Assembly: GCF_049896725.1 (NCBI RefSeq)
Contig: NZ_JAFCUW010000005.1
Span: 296,515-360,514 of the forward strand
From: Massilia sp. PWRC2
Lineage (GTDB): Bacteria; Pseudomonadota; Gammaproteobacteria; Burkholderiales; Burkholderiaceae_D
Direction: 5' to 3'
DNA: 64,000 bases
This document shows positions 20,129 to 28,617 of this stretch, one piece after another (the first letter of the stretch is position 1; each line of letters opens with the position of its first letter). Below the pieces are notes generated by a model. That model was not told the DNA's origin and did not search any database. It worked only from the letters and a program-made list of their open reading frames with translations. The translations under genes were made by a program, and so were the position numbers.

Positions 20129-20781
20129 CACGGCGCACGGCCCCACTCGAGGGCAAATTCATCCCTGAACGCCAGCAGCCGCGCCAGTCGCTGTCCGGCC
20201 AGTGCGCGGCCGGCAGCGGTCTGCATCAGCGCCGGCAGCCTGGCCAGCTTGACGACGATGTGATCGAGTGCATAGGCGCGGTCGTCCAGCGCGTGCGCCA
20301 GCGCGCTGCCCATCTGGCCGGCGATATAAAACAGCCGCGCCAGGCCGATCGCGCCGAGGCCGTCGAGGCGGTCGGCGTCCTGCACCAGGCGCGCTTCGAG
20401 CGTGCGCGCCGGCAGCGCCGCCGAAAAACTGTGCGCTTCGATGGCATGGGCGACGGCCTGCAGGCGCGCAGCGGGAAAGCCGGCGGCCGCCAGCGCGGCG
20501 ACGGCGCGGGCGGCTGACAGGCGCGACGCAGTGGCCCGTTCAGGGTGGTTTTTCGGCAGGTTGACCAGGTCGTGCAGATAGCAGGCGGCCATGACGATCA
20601 GGGGATCAGCATCAGCATCGGCACCTGAACCGGCAGCCATCAGCGCCTCGGCATTGGTCCATACACGGTGCAGGTGATGGAGGTCGTGGGCGCCGTCGTT
20701 GTCATTCACAGAAGCGGCGCTGGCGATGGCGATCAGGACCGGCTGCCAGGCGGCCAGCGAGGGGGCGACGGCGTCACGCAT
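20128..20781 (-). CDS. HD-domain phosphohydrolase (YedJ-like).
   Basis: The 217 aa sequence has the HD motif (LHHLHRV ... YLHDL ... QDADRLDGLGAIG). Confidence 0.75.
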   Translation of the reverse strand: MRDAVAPSLAAWQPVLIAIASAASVNDNDGAHDLHHLHRVWTNAEALMAAGSGADADADPLIVMAACYLHDLVNLPKNHPERATASRLSAARAVAALAAAGFPAARLQAVAHAIEAHSFSAALPARTLEARLVQDADRLDGLGAIGLARLFYIAGQMGSALAHALDDRAYALDHIVVKLARLPALMQTAAGRALAGQRLARLLAFRDEFALEWGRAP

Positions 20782-21502
20782 CGGTGGCCTGGTGTGGCAC
20801 GCCGGTCAAGCGTCGCGCTTGCTGCGACAGGGCATCGGCGGCGCCGTTGCGGTGGCGTGGAATCCAGCGCAGCGTTACCTGCGGCAGACCGGCCAGCAGT
20901 GCCTGCGCCACCTGCCGCAGCGGCGCCAGCGAGGCTGCCTGCGCACTGGCCGGGGCGCCGACGTCGTCGATCACCACCTTGCTGTCGCCATACACGGTGA
21001 GGCGGTCGGCGCCTGCTTCCAGCGCTGTTTCCAGCAGTGCGATCAGGGCGCGGTATTCCGCTTCGCTGCTGTTGCCATGGCCGGCCGCGCGCGACAGCGA
21101 GAACTGCTGGCCATCCGGTCCGGTCAGCAGGGCGCCGATGCCGCAGCGGCCCGGATTGGGCCAGGCCGAGCCATCGAACCAGCCGCGCCACGGGGTCAGG
21201 GTGCCATCGTGGTGATGCTGGCGGCGCGCCAGCACGGTTGCGCGCTGTCGCACGCGGGCGGCCGTCTTGTCCAGTTGCGTCTGCAGCACGGCGGCGCGCT
21301 GCGCCAGCATTGCCGGCAGCCTGGCCGCGCCACCGGCGGCGCTGCACAGGGTCGCCTGCAACGCCGCCTCGTAACTGCAGCCGTCGCGGGCGGCCAGCCG
21401 GCGGCTGGCGCTGCGCTCCCTGCGATAGGCGAGGGCGGCAAGCGCAGCGCATTGGTCGGGCAGGGCAGGCGCAGGCAAGGGTAGCAACACAGGCAAAGAC
21501 AT
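20774..21502 (-). CDS. RNase H-like (RVT_3-type ribonuclease H) domain protein with an uncharacterised N-terminal region.
   Basis: The C-terminal 130 aa match the RNase H fold (WFDGSAW...GIGALL, AEYRALIALLE, YGDSKVVID, IPRHRNGAADAL). The proposed start is MSLPV at 21502. The longer tracked ORF's N-terminus is translated tandem repeats. Confidence 0.6.
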   Translation of the reverse strand: MSLPVLLPLPAPALPDQCAALAALAYRRERSASRRLAARDGCSYEAALQATLCSAAGGAARLPAMLAQRAAVLQTQLDKTAARVRQRATVLARRQHHHDGTLTPWRGWFDGSAWPNPGRCGIGALLTGPDGQQFSLSRAAGHGNSSEAEYRALIALLETALEAGADRLTVYGDSKVVIDDVGAPASAQAASLAPLRQVAQALLAGLPQVTLRWIPRHRNGAADALSQQARRLTGVPHQATDA

Positions 21503-21509
21503 GGGCGAA

Positions 21510-21625
21510 CAGACGGAGGAAGACATGGATGAAGACATGGGCGAAGACATGGACGAAGACACGGACAAAAAAATGACAAAAACACGCACAAAGACACGCA
21601 CAAAGACACGCACAAAAACACGCAC
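21510..21625. repeat. Two adjacent 12-bp tandem arrays, (gaagacatggay)x about 5 and (aaagacacgcac)x about 4, at or upstream of the RNase H-like gene start.
   Basis: Read directly in the sequence from 21510 to 21625. Confidence 0.85.
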
Positions 21626-21795
21626 GAAGGCACCGCCGAAGCATAGCATTGCTGTCTACATTGCTGCTCTGCCGGCGCAACATTTTTCCGTTCATTGACG
21701 ACAAAAAGGCAGGCCGCCGATCGTGCTGATCGGCGGCCTGCCTTGACGGTGTTGTCTCGTTATTGTCTCGTTACTGTCTCGTTGTGGTCTGGCTG

Positions 21796-22563
21796 TTAGT
21801 TGCGGCGCGGATTGTCCGGCCGCGCATCGCGGTTGTTCGGCACACCGTCACCGTCGCGGTCGCGGTCGACGCGATTGGGGACGCCATCGTGGTCGTTGTC
21901 GCGGCGGCCATTGTGTTCGAGGCGGTCGGGAATGCCGTCGCGGTCACGGTCGCGGCCATGTTCGAAGCGGTCGGGCACACCGTCGTGGTCGCGGTCACGG
22001 CCATCGCGCGACGTCCAGCGCGGCTGATCGAAGACCCAGCGGCCACCGCGTTCGATCCACTGCGGACGCGAATAGACATAGCCGGGGCGGTCGGCCACCC
22101 AGACGCCCTGCACCCACTCGTAGCGGTTGCCGTGCCAGTCCCAGTAACCGGGTTGCCACAGATAGCCATTGCGGCCGCTGGGGGCGCGCTCAAAGCGCGG
22201 TGGTGGTGGTGCCACCCGCACCTCGTCATAGCGGGTCGCTGCCACCACCGGGTACCAGCCGCCCTGCTGCAGGCGGTAGCCGCCGCCGTCGCGGATCCAT
22301 TCGTTGGCGCGGTATTGATGGCCTTCGCGGGCCGGCTCCCAGTGACCGGCCATCCAGACGTGGCGGTGGCCGTCCCAGTTCCAGTAGCCGGGCGCCCAGG
22401 CGTAGCCGCGGCGTGCGGCCGGCACGGTTTCAAAGCGCGGCGTCGGCGGCGCGGTGTTGATGATCAGGCTCACGCCCGACTGGGCCAGCGCCGGCAGTGG
22501 CAACCAGGCGGCGGCGCTGACGGCGATCAGGGCGGCGATACTGATACTGAGAGTGCGTTTCAT
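21796..22563 (-). CDS. Secreted protein with two WXXGXW (RcnB/YXWGXW-like) repeats and a C-terminal array of Asp-rich calcium-binding-type repeats (DxDxDGxxD, TSP3-like).
   Basis: There is a signal peptide (MKRTLSISIAALIAVSAAAW...ALA). The two WXXGXW repeats read GYAWAPGYWNWDGHRHVWMAGHWE and GYLWQPGYWDWHGNRYEWVQGVWV. These are followed by a DRDRDGIPDR repeat tail. Confidence 0.65.
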   Translation of the reverse strand: MKRTLSISIAALIAVSAAAWLPLPALAQSGVSLIINTAPPTPRFETVPAARRGYAWAPGYWNWDGHRHVWMAGHWEPAREGHQYRANEWIRDGGGYRLQQGGWYPVVAATRYDEVRVAPPPPRFERAPSGRNGYLWQPGYWDWHGNRYEWVQGVWVADRPGYVYSRPQWIERGGRWVFDQPRWTSRDGRDRDHDGVPDRFEHGRDRDRDGIPDRLEHNGRRDNDHDGVPNRVDRDRDGDGVPNNRDARPDNPRRN

Positions 22564-22697
22564 GAGGTGTCTCCGAGGATGTGTTCCAACGGCCTCAATA
22601 TAGCAATCTCCCTTTGGCTTGCGCAGCGTTGAAGCAGAAACTTACAACTGAAACAGCTCGGTGCAGGTCGCCGCAGGTGCGTGCACATGCCCGCTTT

Positions 22698-22982
22698 TTA
22701 ACCGCGCGGCGCCGCTGCCGCCCGCGCCAGTGCCCGTTCATCTGCCAGCGAACGCATTTTTTGCGCGGGCGTCAGGCGCCGTGCCGCCACCTTGACCACC
22801 GCTACGTGTGACGGGGTGGCGACGGCGGTCGCGCGCGGGGTTGCTGCTGTAGCCGCGGCCGCAGCCGCGGCCGCGGCAGAGGCAGCGGCGTCGGCCGTGT
22901 GCTGCGGCAGCATGCTGGCGCTGCCCACTGCCAGCGCGGCGGCGAGGGTAAACACGGCTTCGGCATGGTGCAGGATGTTCAT
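22698..22982 (-). CDS. Small Ala-rich putative secreted protein (speculative).
   Basis: A 94 aa ORF with a signal-like N-terminus. Otherwise it is low complexity. Confidence 0.2.
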   Translation of the reverse strand: MNILHHAEAVFTLAAALAVGSASMLPQHTADAAASAAAAAAAAATAATPRATAVATPSHVAVVKVAARRLTPAQKMRSLADERALARAAAAPRG

Positions 22983-23163
22983 GGCTGGCCTCTCAAGGTG
23001 GTCGGTGGATGCTTCACTGTAGGCAGCTGACCGGCAGCGCGCCAGCGCCGTGCGACAGACGGCAGATCGGACGCGCCGGAATGCGCATGGCGGCGACCAA
23101 ATGCGGCTGCTGTTTCAGCGCCCCTCCGCTAAGCCCGTGCAGGCAGCGCAGCTGGACCGGCGC

Positions 23164-23218
23164 GCTGTTTTTAGGCTGTTTAAACGCTGCTTTAACGCTG
23201 TTTTAACGCTGTTTTAAT
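23164..23218. promoter_or_regulatory. Three direct repeats of gctgttttaacg in an otherwise GC-rich stretch, about 25-80 bp upstream of the start of the large + strand operon; a candidate operator or UP-like element.
   Basis: The sequence reads ggctgtttaaacgctgctttaacgctgttttaacgctgttttaattg. It is the only AT-rich island for several kb. Confidence 0.45.
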
Positions 23219-23245
23219 TGAGTCAACGGCACCCCACAGGACACC

Positions 23246-26200
23246 ATGGCAGGCGCGATTCGAACTTTTTTGCAGGCGGTCCGGGCCCACCGCGTGGCCT
23301 GGCGGCGATCGCGCAACCTGCAGCGCAGGGGGCCAGCGGTGCGCCCTTCAGTCAAGGCCGCCGCCGCAGTGGCTACTGCTGCCGCGCTGCGCCCGGCGCG
23401 CCTGCCGGCTGGCAGTGCCGCGTGGTGGATCAGTATGGCCGGCGTGCTGGCCGCCAGCGTCGGCGCCGTCGTCATCGTCCGCCATGCACACAGCCTGGCG
23501 CGCGCGGTCGAGCTCACCAGCGCGCCGGCGGCGGGTGTCGTGCGCCCGCTAGCAGCATTTCAGACCCTGCTACCGGGCGCCGCCCTGACGGTGCCGGCCG
23601 ATGGCAGCATCGAGGTGCTGCAGCGCGGCAGTGCCAGCGTGCTGGTGCTGGGCGCCGGCACCCGCGCCGCGCCGCTGCTGCGCATCGACCTGTGCCAGCA
23701 GCTTGGCAGCGCCAGCCCGGCGGCGCGGCTCCCCATGGTGCCGCTGCGGATCGGCTACCCGTTCGCTGACGTCGTCCGCTGGGCTGGCGCCGGCGCCGCC
23801 CCCGCGCTGCGCGCAGTGGTACTCGGCAGCGCCGACAGTGCGATGCCGAAGGTGCGCATCAGCGGCAATCCCGGCGTGACCGGCGAACCCCTGCAGCTGC
23901 GCTGGGAGGGCGCCAGCGCCGCTACCAGCTGGGTTGGTGCCGCTGCCGCTGCCGATGCCAATGCTGGCAACGCCGGCGGCGAGCACGGCGCAGTTGCCTT
24001 CCATGGCGACGGCTGGCTGGTCTGGGGCGCAGCCGCGATCCACTTTCAGCGCCAGGGACAAGCGCCATCGGCGCCGGGCGGCGGTCGCTGTGGCGCCGGC
24101 CAGTTGCTGCTGCAAGTGGTGCGCGGCGGCGCCACTGGCACCACTGGCACCACTGGCGGCACTGGCGTTGGCGGCGCGCGCGGGCAAATCACGGCATATG
24201 CGCGCGACAAGGCGTCGGCGTCGCTGTCGGCCTGGCTGGCGCCGGGCGATTACCAGGTCGCTGGCGCCGCCGCCGCCGATCTGGAAGACCACGCCTTGTT
24301 CACGCAATTGCGCGCGCGCGGCATGCTGCGGCTGGGCGCCGGCGGGCTGGCCGAACTGGCGCCACGCGACCTGCCGGCGTGGCGCGCCGCACCGGCGCCG
24401 GCGCGCGCGGCCGAACTGGCCAGCTGGGACGCGGTGCAGTTCGATGACGGCGCCCGCAGGCTCTACAAGCACCTGTACCGCATGGCCGATGGCGCCTACC
24501 TGCGCGAACAGCTACGTATTTTTAATGGTGAGCAGCATCTGCTGGCATGGCGCCTGCCAGCGTCGGCCGCAGCGTCGGCCTGGCAGGCCGAAGTCGCTGG
24601 CGAGCGCGCCAGCATCAGTACTGCCATGCCGGCGGCGGCGACGCGCCTGTTTGCCGGCGTCGCCCCGGGCTGGCAACCCTGGCAGCGCATCGAACGCTGG
24701 CCGGCCGCCGCCGCCGCCGGAGCGGTGCGGCTGACCCTGAACGTCACGCCGGCTGCCGTTAATGCACCGATTGAACTGATGCTGATCGGCCGCGCCAGCG
24801 CCGTCACTGGTGCCGTCATCCGCCAGCGCCGCGCCGTCTGCGATGGCCGCGCTTGCGCTGGGACTGCTGCTGGCACTGGCACTGGCGCCGACGCCGCCCA
24901 GCTGCTGCTGCTCGATGTGTTGCCGGGCGCGCGCAGCGTGTCGCTGGCGGTGGCGCCGCTGGACATGGCCGCGCTGGCGCAGCCGGCCGACCAGCAGTAC
25001 CGCCACCTGCGGGTCACTGACGGCCAGCTTGACTGGCAGCCACTGGCGAGCGCCGCGCCGGTGTCGCCAGCTGCCAGCACCGCCGCTTCAGCCGGCCCCG
25101 CCGGCCCCGCCGGTCCCGCCGGCCCCATCGCGCTGGTCGACCGCAACGGCGTCTCCCTGTGGGCCGATGGCGCCCCCAGTGCCGCTGCCAGCGCTGCCGG
25201 CCTGGCGCCGTTGCTGGGCTTGGGCGCCGATCACACCAGCAGTGTGGCCGGCATGCTGGCGCGCCTGCCGCCACCGGCGCCGGGCGCCGGCCACCATGCC
25301 CGCCTGAGCCTCGATCTGGCCCTGCAGGCGGCCAGCAACGGCGCCGTCGACTGCATCGGCATGCGTCACGGCCGCTGGGATGGCGTCAGCTGCACAGGGG
25401 CCCAGCCGGTGCCGCCCGGCCGCCATGCGGGCATGGTCATCATCGACGCCGAAAACGGCGACATCCTGGCCGCCGCCGGCGCCGGGGGCGTGGCCGTCAA
25501 TGCCGCCAACTGGCTCGAGGTGCGCAATTTCGACCGCAGCGATCCGGCCCGCAGCCCGCTGCGTCTGCCCGCCCTGCAGCACGATGGCGGCGCCCACGCC
25601 AGCCCTGGCTCGACCTTCAAGGTGATCAGCGCGCTGGGCCTGGAGCAGGCGGCGCAGGGCGATGCCCGCCTCGACGCCCTGCTGGCCGGCCAGCCGCTGG
25701 CCGACATCAATCGCCTGGCGCGCCAGCACGGCTTTGCGTTCGATACCAGTGCCGCCATCTATCCCATGCAAGAGCGCAGCGCCCACATCACCAACTACCA
25801 GCGGCAAAGCCTGGAGCGCCACGCCGCCAATGGCCGGCTGGGGCTGGCGCAGGCGCTGACCTTCAGCCAAAACACCTGGTTTGCCTGGCTCGCTGAACTG
25901 AGCGACGGCAGCCTGTTTGGCCGTGCCGATGGCGGCGTGCCCGACCTGCAGGCGCTCGAGCCGGGCGCCCTCGATGCCGTGCGGCCGATTGTCGGCATGG
26001 CGCGCCGGCTGGGCTTTGGCACGGCGCTGCGCCTCGATGGCGGCCTGTTGCCAGCCGATTTTCGCTGGGGCCAGTGGGATGCCCTGCAGGCGAGCGCATC
26101 GAACATCGACCCGGTGCACAGCCGCCACGAACTGCGGCAGATGGCGATCGGCCTGCGCATGCAGGTCACGCCGCTGCAGATGGCGCTGGCCGCCGCCGCC

Positions 26201-26614
26201 GTCGGCCAGGGCAGTGTGGTGGTACCGCGCCTGCTGCTGGCACTGGACCAGCGCGCGGCCAGGCCAGCGGCCGCGCAGGCGCTCGGCGTGCGCCTCGAGC
26301 GCATCCGCGCCGGCATGAAAGGGGTGGTCGATGTCGGCACCGCCGCCAGCGCCTTTGCCGATGTGCGCCTCGCTGGCGTGCGGCGCGGTCTGTTTGGCAA
26401 AACCGGTACCGCCCCCACCGGCGACGGCAGCGCCGCCACGGTCTGGTTCACCGGCTGGCTGGAAGCGGGCAGCCTGCCAGGGCAGACGCACCGGCTGGCG
26501 CTGGCGGCGTTTGTCAGCCACTCGGCGGGCAGCGGCGGCGAACATGCGGCGCCGATGATCGCTGCGGTGCTGGCGGCCAGCGCCGGCGAGAAGCCCAAAC
26601 AGAGGGGTAAATAG
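23246..26614 (+). CDS. Large membrane-anchored protein with a C-terminal class-B penicillin-binding-protein transpeptidase domain and a novel N-terminal region of about 750 aa.
   Basis: In the C-terminal 340 aa the motifs run in order: MVIIDAENGDILAAAG, SxxK (STFK), SxN (SQN), the PBP signature QVTPLQMA...GQGSVVVP, then KTG(T). There is one N-terminal TM (AAWWISMAGVLAASVGAVVIV). The N-terminal region has internal low-complexity repeats (TGTTGTTGGTG, GPAGPAGPAGP). Confidence 0.8.
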   Translation: MAGAIRTFLQAVRAHRVAWRRSRNLQRRGPAVRPSVKAAAAVATAAALRPARLPAGSAAWWISMAGVLAASVGAVVIVRHAHSLARAVELTSAPAAGVVRPLAAFQTLLPGAALTVPADGSIEVLQRGSASVLVLGAGTRAAPLLRIDLCQQLGSASPAARLPMVPLRIGYPFADVVRWAGAGAAPALRAVVLGSADSAMPKVRISGNPGVTGEPLQLRWEGASAATSWVGAAAAADANAGNAGGEHGAVAFHGDGWLVWGAAAIHFQRQGQAPSAPGGGRCGAGQLLLQVVRGGATGTTGTTGGTGVGGARGQITAYARDKASASLSAWLAPGDYQVAGAAAADLEDHALFTQLRARGMLRLGAGGLAELAPRDLPAWRAAPAPARAAELASWDAVQFDDGARRLYKHLYRMADGAYLREQLRIFNGEQHLLAWRLPASAAASAWQAEVAGERASISTAMPAAATRLFAGVAPGWQPWQRIERWPAAAAAGAVRLTLNVTPAAVNAPIELMLIGRASAVTGAVIRQRRAVCDGRACAGTAAGTGTGADAAQLLLLDVLPGARSVSLAVAPLDMAALAQPADQQYRHLRVTDGQLDWQPLASAAPVSPAASTAASAGPAGPAGPAGPIALVDRNGVSLWADGAPSAAASAAGLAPLLGLGADHTSSVAGMLARLPPPAPGAGHHARLSLDLALQAASNGAVDCIGMRHGRWDGVSCTGAQPVPPGRHAGMVIIDAENGDILAAAGAGGVAVNAANWLEVRNFDRSDPARSPLRLPALQHDGGAHASPGSTFKVISALGLEQAAQGDARLDALLAGQPLADINRLARQHGFAFDTSAAIYPMQERSAHITNYQRQSLERHAANGRLGLAQALTFSQNTWFAWLAELSDGSLFGRADGGVPDLQALEPGALDAVRPIVGMARRLGFGTALRLDGGLLPADFRWGQWDALQASASNIDPVHSRHELRQMAIGLRMQVTPLQMALAAAAVGQGSVVVPRLLLALDQRAARPAAAQALGVRLERIRAGMKGVVDVGTAASAFADVRLAGVRRGLFGKTGTAPTGDGSAATVWFTGWLEAGSLPGQTHRLALAAFVSHSAGSGGEHAAPMIAAVLAASAGEKPKQRGK

Positions 26615-26695
26615 GGGGCTGACGTGCGGCTGCCCGGGCGCCAATCTGTGGCATGATTTCCATGCGCCCGTCATGGGCATTGGAACGGGGAAGGT

Positions 26696-28027
26696 ATGCG
26701 TCTGCCGGGAACACGGTATCAGGAACACGGCTGGGAACTGGTGCGAAAACTGTTGGGGCAGTGTTCGTTGCAGGCCTGCGCCGCTGGCCTGCCCGCACGG
26801 ATTGTCAACGTCAACGTTAACAACAGCGCCAGCGCCGCGCTGGCGGACTGCCTGGACGACTACATCGAGCGTTGCAGCGGCGCCTTGCGCGCCAGCGCCC
26901 GCCAGCCACGCGCCGCCGCCGATGGCAACAGCTATGGCGAGAGCGTGCTGGAACTGGCGCTGGCGCTGCTGTGCGAGCTGCAGGCGCGGCCAGCCGACTG
27001 GCACGCCCTGGCGGCGGCGCTTGGCGCCGACGCGGCCCGTCTGGGCCATTTCTGGCAGCAGCCCGGCGGCGAGGCCATGCTGCGCAAAAAATTCAACGAT
27101 ATGTATGCGCTCCTGCGCGACAAGGTCGATTGCGACAATTACATCGTCGCCTGCGGCCGCCCGTGCAGCGCCAACCGCATGTACGCTTACCGCATGCTCG
27201 ACACCGCATATGCCGACATTGCCCGCCTGTTCGACAGCTGGCGCGAGGCGCCCGAGCAGGTGGCGGCGATTCTAGGGCGCGCCGTCGATGCCGCTGCCGC
27301 CCCCATTGAAGTGCGCCAGATGAAGTCGATCGGCGACTGCCAGGCGGCGTGGCTGATCGCCTGGAGCGCCTCGCGCGAGCGCTTCACCGGTGCCGCTGGC
27401 CCGCTGCACACCCACTCGAAGCGTTTTGCCAATTTAAAAAACAGCCCCGATAAAATCGCCGCCATGCTGGCGGAAATCGGCGACTATGAACAACTGTCGG
27501 CCAACGGCGACGGCCCGTGGCAGCAGGATGCCGCCGACGCCAGCGCCTGGCTGGACGATCTGGCGCGGGTGTTGGACGACGCGGTCGATGATGACGGCGA
27601 TGGCGGGCGCGTGCTGGCCCGGCCCGCCGCCGCCGCCGCTGCCGATGCCGATGCCGATGCCGATGGCGCCGACCACAGTGCAGCGCGCAGCGCACTTTCA
27701 GCGCCCCCCAGCTACGTTTCAGTGGCGCTGCTGGCCGGCGACGCTGCTCTCTGGGCGGCGCGGGCGATGGCCGGCTGTTCGCTGCCGGTGCAGCTGGCGG
27801 TCTATTTGAAGCTGGTCGGGGCACGCGACGACTGCTACCGGGCCGAATGGCTCGACGGCGTCAGCGGCGAGCTGCCCACCATGGCCCAGCTGGCGGCCCT
27901 CGACGGCGTCTCGCTGCCAACCCTGCGCAAGCGGCGCGACAGTGCCATCGCGGCGCTGCAGGCCGGTACGCAGGCCGGGCCGCGGCCGGGCGGCGGCACC
28001 GATGAACCAATCAGGAGAGCACAGTGA
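26696..28027 (+). CDS. Hypothetical protein with a C-terminal sigma-70 region-4-like HTH.
   Basis: The 443 aa sequence ends in ...ELPTMAQLAALDGVSLPTLRKRRDSAIAALQ, which resembles sigma-70 region 4. Its stop overlaps the next start (ATGA-type coupling at 28024). Confidence 0.5.
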   Translation: MRLPGTRYQEHGWELVRKLLGQCSLQACAAGLPARIVNVNVNNSASAALADCLDDYIERCSGALRASARQPRAAADGNSYGESVLELALALLCELQARPADWHALAAALGADAARLGHFWQQPGGEAMLRKKFNDMYALLRDKVDCDNYIVACGRPCSANRMYAYRMLDTAYADIARLFDSWREAPEQVAAILGRAVDAAAAPIEVRQMKSIGDCQAAWLIAWSASRERFTGAAGPLHTHSKRFANLKNSPDKIAAMLAEIGDYEQLSANGDGPWQQDAADASAWLDDLARVLDDAVDDDGDGGRVLARPAAAAAADADADADGADHSAARSALSAPPSYVSVALLAGDAALWAARAMAGCSLPVQLAVYLKLVGARDDCYRAEWLDGVSGELPTMAQLAALDGVSLPTLRKRRDSAIAALQAGTQAGPRPGGGTDEPIRRAQ

Positions 28028-28617
28028 ACAAGCGGGTAAGCGATTCATCCACCCTGGCGCGCAAGCTCGCTGGCGCGGCGCTGCTGGCGCGCCGCGTCGA
28101 CGGTGATTATCTGGTGCTCAGTGACGCCACCTTGTGTGCGGCCATCGATGGCAGCTGCCCCTTGCGCAGCGCCGAAGCGCAGGCGCTGGCGGGCTCGCCG
28201 TTGACTTTGCGGCGCCTGCGCCTGCTGGCCGATGGCATGCGGGCGACGCCGTGGAGCGCCAGCGCCGGCATGCTGCGCGCTGCCGCCAGCGCTGACAGTT
28301 CGATGGCAGTCCTCGAGACCGACGACGGCCACTGGGCGCTGCACTTTGTTTTGCAGGATGGCCAGTGGCAGCTGGTGCTCAAGCTCGACGCCGCCGCGCC
28401 GTTTGCCGCCCGCCTGCTCGCTGGCGACGGCGCGCCCTTCATCGAAGTGCGCGACGGCGCCGGCGGCCTGCTGCTGCAGGGACGCCTCGATGGCGACGGC
28501 GAATGCGAACAGGCGTGGCCATGCGCGCTGGCGCCAGCCTTGCATTTCCAGCAGCACGGGGCGCGCTTTACGGTGACGCCGGTGACCCTGGTGGCGCCGG
28601 CGGGGCCGGCGCGATGA
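28024..28617 (+). CDS. Hypothetical protein (197 aa).
   Basis: Coding statistics and GC3 support it. It is translationally coupled to its neighbours, with stop/start overlaps at both ends. No recognisable domain. Confidence 0.5.
   Translation: MNKRVSDSSTLARKLAGAALLARRVDGDYLVLSDATLCAAIDGSCPLRSAEAQALAGSPLTLRRLRLLADGMRATPWSASAGMLRAAASADSSMAVLETDDGHWALHFVLQDGQWQLVLKLDAAAPFAARLLAGDGAPFIEVRDGAGGLLLQGRLDGDGECEQAWPCALAPALHFQQHGARFTVTPVTLVAPAGPAR

Noticed and set aside
20774-21649. Full-length 291-aa reading of the RNase H-like ORF, including the (FVRV)n N-terminus.
   Set aside because: The N-terminal 49 codons are a translated DNA tandem repeat with no RBS. A downstream start at 21502 is more plausible. 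The repeat issue is kept as a finding instead.
25088-27049. A 653-aa ORF on the minus strand, and 23570..24472 - (300 aa).
   Set aside because: Both are antisense to the PBP-like gene, whose + frame carries the SxxK/SxN/KTG motifs. There are no motifs on the - frame.
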